The notes beneath the pieces are model-generated. The model ran no database searches. It was not told the DNA's origin and saw nothing but the letters and a program-made list of their open reading frames with translations. Positions 50,165 through 62,895 of a stretch of 64,000 bases of DNA are shown piece after piece. Positions within the stretch are counted from its first letter, which is position 1, and each line of letters opens with the position of its first letter. This DNA comes from Cetorhinus maximus (taxonomy: Eukaryota): contig NC_135896.1 of NCBI RefSeq assembly GCF_964194155.1, forward strand, positions 31,868,001-31,932,000, read 5' to 3'. The position numbers were made by a program, and so were the translations under genes.

Positions 50165-53100
50165 TTACAAGTTCAGTCTTTCAGATGGTTTCCTGGTACG
50201 TGTGGAATGTTGCAGCTCCACAACTTCAGATTCTTTGTCAGGAACCTCCTTGTCCAGAGTTGCCTGAACATCAGGTGCTTCAGTGGGCACTTGCAGTTTT
50301 GTATCCTGAACTCTAACAGGAACATCAGACATGTCAGTCCTGGGTTGAGTATCCTCAACAGGAAATGCAGACCCGGTCATGGTCACTGGTGGAACCAAAT
50401 CTTGGTGATTTCTCTCTCTCTTCCTTAAATGGTCCATATATTTACGGATGATCTGGCCTTCCACCTCCATGTGGTAAGAAAGAGGTCCATTCACTGCATT
50501 TATTTTACCCAGTAACCACTTTGGTCCTTCCCCGAAGTTTTTCACGTATACCGGCTCTGCCACAGTAATTTTCCTCTCACGACTGATGCCAGTCAGGTCT
50601 AGTTTTCTGGCTTCCCTGACTCCTTTCCACCTTCCCCTCTAAATTCTGCATTACTAAGCTCAATCTCATCCTGAGACGGTGTTTCAACAATAACTCAGCA
50701 GGTGTGACATCTATTGTTGTATGAGGGGTAGTCCTATAATGTAAAAGAAAGCGTGCTAGCTTGGTTGTCAAGGAATCACCAGTTAGCTTTTTCATGCCTG
50801 CCTTGAACGTTTGAACTGCCCTTTCGATCAGTCCATTTGAGGAGGGGTGGTACAGTGCAGTTTTCATATGAGTAACACTGTTGAGTCTGATAAACTGTTG
50901 AAACTCAGCACTTGTAAATGCTGTGCCCTTATCGGAAACAACTATTTCTGGTAATCTGTGAATGGCAAAACTCTGATGTAGTTTCTCAATTGTAGCGCCC
51001 AATGTTGGTGACTTCACTTCACATACATCCAACCATTTTTATTGGGCATTGACAATGAGCAGAAATATTGTTCCCATGAAAGGTCCAACGTAGTCAATGT
51101 ATAACTGCACACAGGGTCCACCTGGCCACCCCATGGGTGTAATGGAGCTAACACTGACAACTTTTGTAGTTGCTGACATTGCCCACAGTGCTTTCCTAAA
51201 CTCTCTATTTCCAATCCATCCCCGGCCACCATAGATAGCTGCGTGCTATGGTCTTCACTGGGGAAATTCCTGGATGGGCACTGTGTAGTTCAATTCTAAG
51301 TGGCTCCCTTCCTTTTGGAGGAACTATCACTCATGCTCCCCACAATAAGATGCCATCCTGGCTGGTTATTTCATGTCTTCTGTTGAAGTACGGTTTCATT
51401 TAATCAGATACGGGCTCCTGAGACTAACCATGTAGCACTTGTTCTTGCACTTGAGATATGACTGGGTCCCAGCTTGTCCAGTCTCTGATCTGTTGAGGGC
51501 ATAGCGGCGTGGAATCCAAGAAATTTAACAGTAAGGCAAGTTCCTGTGGAACTGGGACGTGCTCATCATTTTCTTGTAAAGGCAAATGACTAAGGGCTTT
51601 GGTGTTTGCGATTTGATTGCCAGGCCTATTTACGAAGGTATATTCGTATGTTGCCAGAATTAAGGCCCATCGTTGTATTCTTGCTGAAGCTATGGGTGGT
51701 ATACCTTTTCCTCATTAAACAAACCTAACAGTGGTTTGTGCTCTGAAACGATTGTAAAATAGCGGCTGTGTACGTACTGGTGAAATTTCTTGACACCAAA
51801 GATGATGGGCAGGCCTTCTTTTGCTTTCTGTGAGTATCCCTTTTCTGCTGTGGTGAGCGTCCCTGGTACATAACCTATTGGCCGTTCCATGCTGTCATTC
51901 ATCCGATGAGAGAGCACTGCTCCCACTCCATAGGGAGATGCATCACATGTCAACATCAATTCTTTCATCTGGTCATAGTGCACTAATAGGTTGGATGAGT
52001 GCAACAATTGCTTCACCTTTATCAAAGCTTCTTTCTAGGGCACCTCTCAAGAACAACGTTGGTTCTTTTTGGGTAGAGAATGGAGGGGGGCCAGCACTGT
52101 GGACAAATTGGGTAAGAATTGCCCATAATAGTTGATCATTCCTTGGAGTGGTTTGAGCTCTGAGGTGTTCTTTGGCGCAGGTGCCTCTCTTATGGCTCTC
52201 ACTTTCTCCTCAACTGAGTGGAAACCTCATCAATCTACCCGGTGACCCAAATAGATTACCTCCCTCGCTTAGAACGTGCGCTTTTCATTTTTTGGAGGCA
52301 CTCCAGCTTGCAGGAAACATTTTAAGACTTCTTCTAAGTTTGTCAAATGCTTATTTTCAGTGAAACCTGTCACCAATACATCGTCCAAATAGACAACAAC
52401 CTGGGGCAGTCCCTGCAGTAAGCTGTCCATTGTTCCCTGAAAGATGGCACAAGCTGAGGAGATGTCGAAAGGCAATCGTGTATACTGGTACAACATTTTG
52501 TGGGTATTAATTGTGACAAATTCCTGGGAGGCATTATCCAATTCTAGTTGTTGATAAGCATGACTCATGTCAAGCTTGGTATACATTGTTCCTCCTGCCA
52601 GTTTGGCATACAGGTCTTCGATTTTTGGTTTGGGGTACCTGTCCAGTTTGTTACTTTGTTATTTGTCAGTTTGTAGTCCCCACAAATTTGGACGCTTTGT
52701 TTGGGTTTAAGCACAGGAACTATGGGTGCTGCCCACTCTGAAAACTGTACAGCTTGTATAACACCCAGTTTCTCTAGTCTGTTCAGCTCAGCATCAACGT
52801 TTTCTCTCAGGGCGTATGGCACCGGTCTCACCTTCATGAAGGAGTTGCTTCCTGATCTACATAAATCTTGGCCTGCAGGCCTTGGATTTTACCCAGTTTG
52901 TCCTTTAAGATGATAGCATACTTTTTAAGTAGTTCTGGTAGCCCACTTGCTCTCAGCTGAAAGATTTTAGACTATTCTACCTTAATCTCCTTTAAACAAT
53001 CTCACCCCAAGAGGCTTGGTCCTTCACCTGCTACCACCATCATGGGTAGCTGTGCCAATTGGCTTCCTTAATGGACAGTTACTCTGCTTATGCTTTTTAC

Positions 53101-54091
53101 TTGAATGTGTATGTTTTTAGCTTGGCAGCTGTTCATTCCAAGTTTAGTTGATGTTCACCATTTTTCAAATATCTGAGAGTATATTCCCCAATTAATGTAG
53201 TGGAAGCTCCCATGCCTACTTCAATTTTAACAGGTTTGCCATTTACTTTCACCATGACATAAATTGGTTCTGTCTTTCCAACTTTCAGATTAAACAACGA
53301 GTAAACATCAGAGTTTTTTGTTTCAGGCTCTTCTTGAATCTTTCCTTGCACTGCCTCATTATATGTCCATTTCTATGACAATAGTAGCATTTGATTTTTT
53401 TAAACTGCCAATTGTTAAAAGACTGATTGTTTCCACCTCTATTAAATTTATTTTTTGATTTCACTGCTAAGTTATCTTTCTTTATTCTTCGGCTAGGGGG
53501 GGCTATTTCCTGCTTCTCGACAGAGTCTTGCTTTTTCGTGCCACTTTTGGCTGAGGTTTCTCGCCCAATGTGGAGGACGGTGCCGTTTTGCACACCCTGT
53601 ATTGCTTGCAGCACTTTCCATGGCCAGCGCTATCTTTAGAACCTTCTTGAACCTCATTTCGGAAATAATCTTTTCTGAATAGTATCCTTTTCACACCGCA
53701 TACTAAACAATCTCTGGGCATGTCATTCAGAATCATACCAAACTCACAATGTTCCATTAGCTGCTTCAGATTTGCCACATAGCATGCAATTGTCTCACCC
53801 GGGGCTCTATTTCGTGAATTAAGCCTGAATCATGACTGAGGGCTTGGGTTGAAAGTGACCCTTCATGAGTTTCACCAATTCATCAAAATTCTTTGAATCT
53901 GGGGCACTGGGTGCCATCCAATTTTGAATCAAACCATAGGTTTTGCTCCCACAAGTACTCAAGAGGATCGCTAACCTCTTCCCTTCCTCCCTAATCTCGC
54001 TCGCTTGAAAAAAGAATGTGAAGCGTTCTAAGTGTTGAGACCAATCATCTGTGGCTGGTTCAAAAGGATCAATTCACCCAAATTGTGGCAT
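50165..54091 (-). pseudogene. Gypsy gag-pol polyprotein pseudogene
   Basis: MPQFG*IDPFEP start, CYYCHRNGHIMRQC zinc knuckle, WAAPIVPVLKP, YLDDVLVTG, LTCDASPYGVGAVL, PEIVVSDKGTAF, YHPSSNGLIERAVQTFK, GEGPKW. Frameshifted. Confidence 0.95.
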
Positions 54092-54219
54092 TTTGACAGA
54101 AGATAACTTTTCCAATTCTAACGTAGTTTGCTATTTACAATCACTGGGCGAGGTACAGTGCCGATTTCTTTTTAACTTGATTTCTTCTGTTCAATCCTGT
54201 TTTACCCTTGTCGCCAGTT

Positions 54220-54472
54220 TGTTGTAGGGTGGCTGAGTTGTGCTATTAGTGATAGAGTTGAACTGCAGACACTTCTTGGGTGGAAACTAAGTTTATTTAT
54301 AATATACTCAGCAGCAACTACACATGTGCTTTCAACTCCAACTCTATCTCTACGCTGACTGCAGAGGTAGCCGCGCTACTCTGCTATTGGTTCTTACAGA
54401 TCATGTGATCTTCCCTTACAAGTGTTATTCTTAAAGGTATATTACACACTAAATAAAACCATAATTACTACG
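54220..54472 (-). repeat. Gypsy 5' LTR
   Basis: Direct repeat of 49822-50077, about 90% identical by hand count; adjacent to the PBS. Confidence 0.95.
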
Positions 54473-54531
54473 TTCAGTGTATGTTTAAGATTTTACTGAA
54501 AATAAGATTATGAGGTATCGATTTTATTTTG

Positions 54532-55407
54532 AAATCAATATACTGCGGATGCTGGAAACCCGAAAGAAAAACAAAAAAATACTTGATAAACTCAGGTCTG
54601 GCACCATCTGTGGAGAGAGAAACAGAGGGCAGAATTTTGCGCTCATTGGGCGGGCGGCCTCCAACCCGATAGAGCATAAAATGACGTGCGATGATGTTGG
54701 GTGAGCATCCTGACATTATTGCACACTCGTGCGATATTTCGGCTGGTGGGCACGCGTGGGAGTAGGCAGCATGCCCGCCGTCACGTAACAGGTCTATTAA
54801 GGCCATTAAAGATCTAATTAAATGAAATTTTTCGCTGCCCGTCCAACCTTACGGTTGGTGGACAGGCAAAAAGGCCAAGCGGCCTTTGGCTATTTTGCGA
54901 AACGTCATCCACGGGCGGGGTGAGGTTTCAAGCAGTCATTAAACAAAAATTAAATTTTTTTCAAGCTCATTTCTAACATGTCCCTGACAGAGTGATGTGA
55001 TGGGACATGTTATTAACATTTTTAACATCTTTCTTTTTTATTTTCAAAAATCTTCGTCTCCCTGAGGCAACTCTGTGCCTCAGGGGGCTTTCCCTGCGCA
55101 CACCTCCGTGCATGCGCGAACTTCTGCCCCCACACAGGCAGCGCTGAGCGCTGCAGCACACGTTTCACGCTGGGCGGGCTTTAATTGGCCCACCAGCGTG
55201 AAATCGCATTCGGGCCCCGATCGCAGGCGGCGACCTCTTTCGCGGCCACTCCCAGGCCCACCTGCCCACTGTGTCTGCTTCAAAAGGTCAAAATTCTGCC
55301 CAGGGTTAACGTTTCAAGTCCGTATTACTCTTCTTCAAAGCTCTGAAGAATGATCATACAGACTCAAAACGTTAACTCTGTTTCTCTCTCCAATGATGCT
55401 GCAGACC
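54532..55407. mobile_element. Palindromic Penelope pLTR derivative with nested MITE
   Basis: Perfect 16-bp TSD tatcgattttattttg at 54516-54531 and 55408-55423; inverted arms centred on AGCT at 55339-55342. Confidence 0.88.
54627..55301 (+). mobile_element. Harbinger MITE
   Basis: TIRs gggcagaatttt and aaaattctgccc; flanks AGA and AGG; pLTR continuous across the empty site (gaaacAGAgttaacg). Confidence 0.92.
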
Positions 55408-58400
55408 TATCGATTTTATTTTGTTGATTTATGAGGTATCAATCTTGTTTAATTTGTGGAAGCATTGGACTTAGTATAGGTAATTTGTCCTTTGCTAAAA
55501 AGGAGTGTGATATTTCTGGTAGAAAGATCTGTGGACATTTGAATTTTTGCATTAAAAGGTCAGTTAAAATCAATTTTTGCTTAGTATATTTCTCCCCCTC
55601 ATTAATCTAATTTGAAAAATGATCTCCAGTTTGCAATATTGGCTTATAGTAAAAAGCACAGCTCTACTTCTTGACTGAATTTTAATATGAACAATATATC
55701 AGCAAACTTCCACAAATCAGTTATTTCAATTTAAATGAAAACAGACAGAACTGAAGACTGAGAAGTTTACGACTGTAAGATTTTTAATGATAGCTCTTAG
55801 AGTTTCTTGGTAGTGCTCTTTTCATTCACACAAACCCTGAAGGCTGATTCCCGAATCAATCTGTCAGAATTTTTCATTATTTAAAGGATCCAACAGTCTA
55901 TTGTCCTTCTGTTTAAATGCCTGTTCAGCCCACAATGGATATTCAGATTTTTTTTAAAGGTTTCTCACTGTAGTTATGTTAGGCTTTTTCCCTTATCTGC
56001 ACTGTATTCTCTGTTGATATCAGTAGCTAATTAGCATTATTTTCTCTGGCCAGCTAATGAATTACCTATGCATTTGGAGATTTACTGCATGGAGCCAAAA
56101 ATGATTCTGTTTCCTATTTTTTTTAATCATCTCCAATATTTCTATTATACAACTTCAAAGTATATGGAACATCATTTATATCAATTACTGTAGGGACAAG
56201 AACCAGGCACCTGGTCTAATGTTGAGAAACTACATGAATGTAGCCTCGGTAGTTAACCCTTATAACTGAATCTAACGTTACAGAAATGTTAAAAGTTAAT
56301 TAATAAAGGTATAAATAGAAATTGTTTTTGTTTTAGTGACAATAGTTACTCCTGTAAGTGTGCTACATATCGAACACAGTTCCATATCTCAATGTACAAT
56401 AGTGTAACCCAGGGATGTAGCAATAGCATTTTATTGACATCTGAACTGGATATTTATGCCTTTGACGTTTGTATTTCTTCAGTCTCTCTGCAGATGGACT
56501 GAATTAGCACTTGCTGAGATAAGATTTGATAAGAGTAGATATGCTGCTTTGAAGAGTATGCCGTCCTTTCTTATGTCAGTTGGTTATCTTATTTAAACAA
56601 ATGGTCATCTAACAGTTTCTCCAGTACTTCTAACTTTACCTAAAGCTTCCACTGCTCTTTCTTCCAAAGCCTATCTCTACAGTGAGCTTCCTATCTCTTT
56701 ATATCTCTCCGAGAGCAGAGAGACCTGGATTAAAGGACCGTTCAGACACAATGGGTGTGAGGTGTTTTCTCCTTAATTACCCTGACAAGCAAGAAAAAAA
56801 TTTATAGTGCCTGGGGAAAGTAGCTTTCATTTCTTTTAGGAACCACCTTGCACCTAGAGGCCATTTTTAAAAAAAGGAGTGGAAGAACATATTGCTTTAA
56901 AAGAGTAATGAAAGTAACTCCATTGTATATAAATCCTTTACGCGGTAAAATAATCCAAAAGCCCTGAACGTGACAACAGATAATGCGCAAATCATCTCAT
57001 GCACATTTCTTGTAACCTACACTTGTCTGCTGTCTAAATGTTTCAGTAATATTCAGCTCTCCAGTAAATTTGCAGCCAATTTCAGCTATTTCTAAGTTAA
57101 ACATAAAAATCCTCTGCTGTCCTCACCAAACAGAATTAAACAAAAATAAGAAACACACAAAATAAAAGAAATAAACACCTGCACTAAATATGAACTGGAA
57201 ATAACTGCAAAAAAAAAATCGATCATCTGTGCCTTTAAGAGCTCCATCACACATGAAGCTTCCCTTAAACCCACTCCAGATTGATGAACACAATGATCCC
57301 ATCCTAAACCGATAGAAATTTTGCTGTATTGCATTTAAATCCATTTAAGTCCACTCTAATATTTAAATTAAGCTCTTGAATGTTCAGATGGCTGGAAGGT
57401 CACATGTGCTGGACAATGGTAGAAATACACATAGTCCCCACCCAATTTCCAATTCACCAATAGTCTGTCCCACACCTGCAGCAGCAGCCATGGCAACTGA
57501 TCATAAAATCCCACCAGAGGATGCTCTACAGCAGAGGCTGAATCTTCGAAGCACAATTAATGAGTAGGCAGTATTTGATTAGATTGACATTTGACTCATA
57601 CAGAATGATGAGTAAGCATTATGTGCAAATCCCAAGCTAATTTGGATTTCTTGCAAACCTTAAGAATACATCATTTATGTCTTACACCAATTTCCTCCTC
57701 ATCTGCCTCTCTTGCTTTCCGCTCTACTTCAGTTATTCTCCTTCATTTCACCATCTTTCTCTTCATTTTCCCTCCTCCTCCATTTCACTCTCTCATTCCC
57801 TGACTGTTCCTTCACTTTTATCTTTCTTTTTTCACTCATTCCCTTCTCCTTCGCACAGGTTCACAAACTTCTCTTTCTTCCTCATCAGTCACACTCTCTT
57901 TCTTTACCAACCATTTACTCCTTCACTTCACACTGTCTCACCATTACTTTAATCTCCCCTTTTCCTCTTTGCACTCTCTGCTCCTTCACTTCTCTCCTTC
58001 TCTCAGGCAGATGGGTGGATGTGACAGCACTGAGACTCAGGCAATTGATTGATGAGGGCACTGGCACTGAGCTCTGCAGTATTGTGGATTCATAACAAGA
58101 GAGGGAAAAAGGCACTGCCAGATGCCATCTTGCTGTGCACCAGCTAAGAAAGCCAACATGTTTTTTCTCTCAAGTTTATTTAAATTCCTGCAATCCCATA
58201 GGGTTTTCCAGAGTTGAGCACATTTCATTAACAGCACTAACTCATCTAATTTATTTGTATGGGAGGAATCAGTTAGGCGGGAGCTCCACTAGCTAGATGA
58301 ATATAGAAAGCAGAAATGTTCAGCCTTTTTAATGTGTGGCCTCGAAATATCCATAGGAATGGAAGACAATGAATAACATTCCCATTGAAGTTACTTAACA

Positions 58401-58524
58401 TAACATGGTGTGTGTGAGGTTATGAACAACACTGGGGTTATTGTGTTGCTTATCCTATGTGGATGGAAACCTAGGTAGATTTAGTTGTGACATTGTTACA
58501 TGACTAATATTGCTTCTCCATCTT

Positions 58525-60390
58525 TTACAAGTTCACAACTACCACATTTCTTTCAGCGACTTTGCTTCCAATTTCCACCCTTCCCTCACCTTCACCTGGG
58601 ACTCCTCCCTTCCCTTCCTCAGTTTTTCTTTTGCCATTTCTGGGGGTAAGGTATTGAGAAATATCCACTATAAGCTCGCTGATATCTGCAGATACCTTGA
58701 CTACACCTGCTCCCACTCCACTTCCTATTCCGTTCTTTCAGTTTCTTTGCCTCCATCACTTCTGTTTTGATGATGTAACCTTTCATACCAGTGTTTCCAA
58801 TTTGTCTTCCTTTTTTCTCAGGCGTGGATTCATGTGGTTGACAGTCTCTCCCTCCCAGAGCCATATCCTCACTTCCCACCTCATCAACATCCATATTCAA
58901 TGGATCATCCTCTGCCATTTCCACCATCTCCAGTAGAGTTCCCCTTTCAACATTCCAAAGGGACCATTCCCTCTACAACAGCCTGATCCACTCCTCAATC
59001 ACCCATAACATCCCTTTCTTTCCCACAGCACTTTTCCATGAAAGTGCAGGAAATGCAATTTATACTTTTTACTTCCACCTTTATCACCATCCAAGGTCCT
59101 AAACATTCCTTCCAAGTGAAACAGCAATTTACTTGTACTTCTTTCAATTTAGAATACCATATTCACTGCTTATGATGTGGTCTTCTCTGTACAGAATCAC
59201 AGCATCACAGAATCACTGAATTGTTACAGCACAGGAGGTAGCCATTTGGCCCATCATGCCTGCACCAGTTCCCTTAGTGCCATTTTTCCACCTTCTCACC
59301 GTAACCCTGCACATTCTTCCTTTTCAGATAACAATTTAATTCTCTTTTGAATGCTTCGATTGAATCTGCCTCCACCACGCTGTCAGGCAGTGCATTCCAG
59401 ACTGTAACCACTCACTGCTTTAAAAAGTTTCTTTTTCATATCGCTTCTGCTTCTTTTGCCTAACACTTTAAATCTATGCCCTTTCATTCTCGATCCTTTC
59501 ACGAGAGGAGACATTCTCTTCCTATCCACTCTATCCAGACCCCTCATGATCTTGAATAGCTCAGTCAAATCTTGGGGAGATCAAACGCAGATTGGGTGAT
59601 CACTTTATAGAACACCTTCATTCAGTCCGTAAGAGTGACCCTGAGCTTCCAGTCACCTGTCATTTTAGTTCTCTATCCCATTTCCATTCTGAACTCTCTG
59701 TCTTGGCCTCAATGTCTTGTTCCAATGAAACTTAACATAAGCTCAAGGAACAGCACCTCACCTTTTGAACAGGCACTTGATAGCCCTCTGAACTCAACAC
59801 TGATTTCAACAATTTCAGATCGTAACATCTGTCCCCATATTTTCAGATGGCAGCTGTTGGCAATGATGCTCCTATTGCTACTTATTCCTCCTCTAGACCC
59901 ATCTTTTGTTTCTTTACCTGTTCCATAAGCATCTCCTTTTGCCTTCCACCATTAACGTTGTTAATTTAATCTCTTCTGCCTTCACCGTATCAAAGACCGA
60001 ATTCTTGCTAAGCTGCACATGTGCGCAGCCATGCAGCAACCTGGAAGGTACCATGCAGGCCTTCTCCCAATTAAGCATTGCGCGTGCGTGAGCATTCAAA
60101 AAATTTAAATTTATTATAGATTGAAAAAACTGGATGCGGACTACATTAATATTTTACAGGAAACATCATTACAAACCTTCTTGTTTATTCTTTTCCAGCT
60201 CTCCCCGCTTTCTCTGCCTCTGTATTTGCTCAAAATGTGTCGTACCTCTTATGTTTTCCACTTCTGACAAAAGGTCACCAACCTGAACTCAAATTATTTC
60301 TCTCTGCACAGTTGTAGCTTGGCCTGAGTATATAAGGATTATCCTGTTTTTATTGCATCCGGCAGATGCAGTATATTTGCTTTTGCGACA
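58525..60390 (+). mobile_element. Penelope-like retroelement 3' part (RT C-terminus, GIY-YIG, pLTR)
   Basis: NFHPSLTFTW..SLPFL, IHYK..D..RYLDY..SH, IPFFQFLCLHHFC; GIY-YIG relic FTCTSFNLEYHIHC..C...GEIKRRLGDHFIEHL; pLTR-like 60260-60390. Confidence 0.88.
59192..59572 (-). mobile_element. CR1 3' fragment inserted in the Penelope GIY-YIG domain
   Basis: ELFKIMRGLDRVDR...GHRFKV; (gattctgt)n tail; Penelope frame resumes at ~59573. Confidence 0.88.
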
Positions 60391-62269
60391 CACTTCTTAT
60401 TTCCCAACATTTCTTCTTTCAAGTATTGCATGCAGTGCACTAATCAATTAGAAACGTCAAGCAAGCAGAAACGAGAGTGTTATGAAATGCACTTTCTTTT
60501 TTAATAATGATGTTTCAAACAGATCAGAAGCAGGTGAAGCTTGGAAAACAGAAGAGCACTTGATAGTTGACACAGATGAGAGCTTGCTTCTGCCTCTTTT
60601 GAGTCTGAGCATGAATAAGATAAGAAAGGAAGTGAAAAATCACAGCTAGGACTGGGAGAAAGTAAAAAAAAAAAACACATTGCACCTCATTAACACAGGG
60701 ACAGACAGTAATGAAGAATGCTCTAATAGAACAATCAGTCTTGACCAAGTGTTAGAATTAATTTGTCAGTGTTTTGAACTTTTCTTCCAATTGACACCCT
60801 AGAAGATATGTTAGGCACATGAATGAAGGAGTTATGTATGACTTTCACTCCAATCATTGTTCAGAGCCCCTCGGCTTTAATCTTATTTTATTACATTTGC
60901 CTCATTTTTCTGGTTTCTAAAATATAGCTGGAGTCAGTGAACATTCCCAAACAGTAATCCACATTGCGAAATTCAGTCAGTCAAGGGTTAGACAACGAGA
61001 ATCCCATCAGAAGGAACTCTGCCATCTGGCACAGTACCTCACAGACCAGTCAAATATTCAAGTAGAGGGAGCACTACAGCATCCTATACCACAGTCCAAA
61101 CAGCAGATAACAAGTATCCCACTAGGAGGAGCTCAAGAGTAGCCCAGGGAACTCCTCAAACCCCAGATAGGAAGAGGTCCAGCAGAAGGGGTTCCACAGT
61201 GGCTGCATAATACATTTCATACCAATATTTACATGCAAAAGAATATTTAAAATAAACTGTATTAAAATGACACAGCAGCACTGCAACTGATAATCATTGA
61301 CAAAGAAAATATATAACAAATGTACAAGTAAAAACCCTCCATTAACGTAAAGAAATGGAAAGTAGCAAAGCCCACAGTAAATACATAATCTAATGGTAGT
61401 AATGATGCATAGGAGGGTACCTATTGTGGATTTTAGATCACCAGTGTTTATTGCAGGATTCATCTTCACCTTGTGCCAAAAATAAAAACCTATAATAAAG
61501 AGCACACATTTGAGTTCATTCTGTCTAACAAGCCAGTGTCCTGGATCCCTCACTGTCACGCTCTACTACATCTATTCTATTCTACTTCTGGTGTTTAAGC
61601 ACCAGACACACTAATGAACAGGATTTTGTTGAACTTATGTATTTCTTCTTAAAATGAAAGCTCTCAATGTGTCCTTATCCGATATGTTATATTTACAGAG
61701 GGACCCTATCAACTATCCAATCACTACCACCATCTTGACTATTAGCAGTCAAAATTCTTTCATGCCATTAGATTCTGTAACTACCAACTATCTGCAGCAC
61801 TAACTTATCTTTCAATGTATTTGTCGTCCAGTTTGTAGACTTCAATGTAACTGGATTACTGCACAATTTATATTCAATGTCATTGCACTTAAAATATTGA
61901 GCCAATGCTCATCTATCTGAGGGCTCTGTTTAACTCAGAGGACAGGACATGTGCAGGAACTGGACTCATGGTAGTGCATTAAGTTGGATTGCTTGAATAA
62001 CCATTCATCTCTTATTTCCCTATTGAACTATTTAATTTACAAATAGTTTCTCAACTGAGGATCCTGTGCAGATTAGGACATGCACAAGACAAAGTCCAAA
62101 TTTCAACCAGAATTCAAATATTACTGTATATTATATTCAACGTTTTGCCTCCCAATGTGCTGAGTTTAATTATTGTGTGCTGAAAGTGGCAGGGTTCAGT
62201 CTATTTCTACTCAATTTCCAACAATAGTTAACACAACAAGGAGTGACAAAAGGATGTTTGGTATTCCCA

Positions 62270-62580
62270 ACTGCCCCTCAGTTTTCATTCTTACTCCTCT
62301 CAGTTACTCTCCTGGGATACAATTCCATGTAGTCATTCTTCCTGTATGAGCCTAGCCAACCGGTGGGCTTCCTGGTGCCTGACCCTATCCACATTGTTTG
62401 CCCAAATAGTGCACTTTCAGCAGGGGTTGCTGCATGGCAATCAGATACAGGGGTTTAAGACAACATTTCCCTCCCTAGGCCATGGGCACTGAAGCCAATT
62501 GCAGCATTGCATGCCACCCCAACAGAGATGGACTAACCCAGAAGAGGCAAAGTATTCAAGCTCTCAGTACCATACCAGCA
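62270..62580 (-). repeat. Ancient SINE-like repeat near the MDGA2 exon donor
   Basis: Minus strand gctgcaattggcttcagtgcccatggcctagggagggaaa...aacccctgctgaaagtg; related to 11625-11830. Confidence 0.5.
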
Positions 62581-62625
62581 TGATTTACTTTAAACAGCAT
62601 ATCTAGTGAAGTCAAGCTTACTTAC

Positions 62626-62895
62626 CTCTTACAGTGATTGTACTGGACTTTTTGGCAGGATTGCCCACATTGTTGTTAGCGAGGCAGCTGTACGCCCCAG
62701 CCTCATCAGCATTGATTGAGTGCAGCGTTAAGGTCCCTCCTTTTAACACACTTGTTTTAGGAAGCGGTCCAATAGCCTTGATCCAGGTTAAGGTGGGAGG
62801 GGGGTCCCCGCCAGTCGTGACACACACCATGGAAAGTGAATCCCCAGGGTTTACTACGATGTGCTCAGGAACCATCAGCTTGATGGAAGGGGAAG
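62626..62895 (-). CDS. MDGA2: Internal coding exon of MAM domain-containing GPI anchor protein 2 (Ig-like domain 3)
   Basis: 270 bp, phase 1-1, acceptor ttttgtgcttgcag| and donor |gtaagt. Peptide ASPSIKLMVPEHIVVNPGDSLSMVCVTTGGDPPPTLTW...GAYSCLANNNVGNPAKKSSTITVR closely matches recalled MDGA2 (ASPSIKLLV...LVCVTTGGEP...YSCIANNNVGNPAKKSTNIIVR). Confidence 0.93.

Larger units (their letters stand above)
49822..54472 (-). mobile_element. Full-length Gypsy/Ty3 LTR retrotransposon
   Basis: LTRs 49822-50077 and 54220-54472; 5-bp TSD gtcag/ttcag; PBS TGGCGACAAGGG at 54216-54205; polypurine tract AAAAGGGGAGGAA at 50090-50078; gag-PR-RT-RH-IN order. Confidence 0.96.

Noticed and set aside
57680-58010. 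Ser/Phe/Leu-rich ORFs
   Set aside because: Pyrimidine-rich low-complexity sequence.
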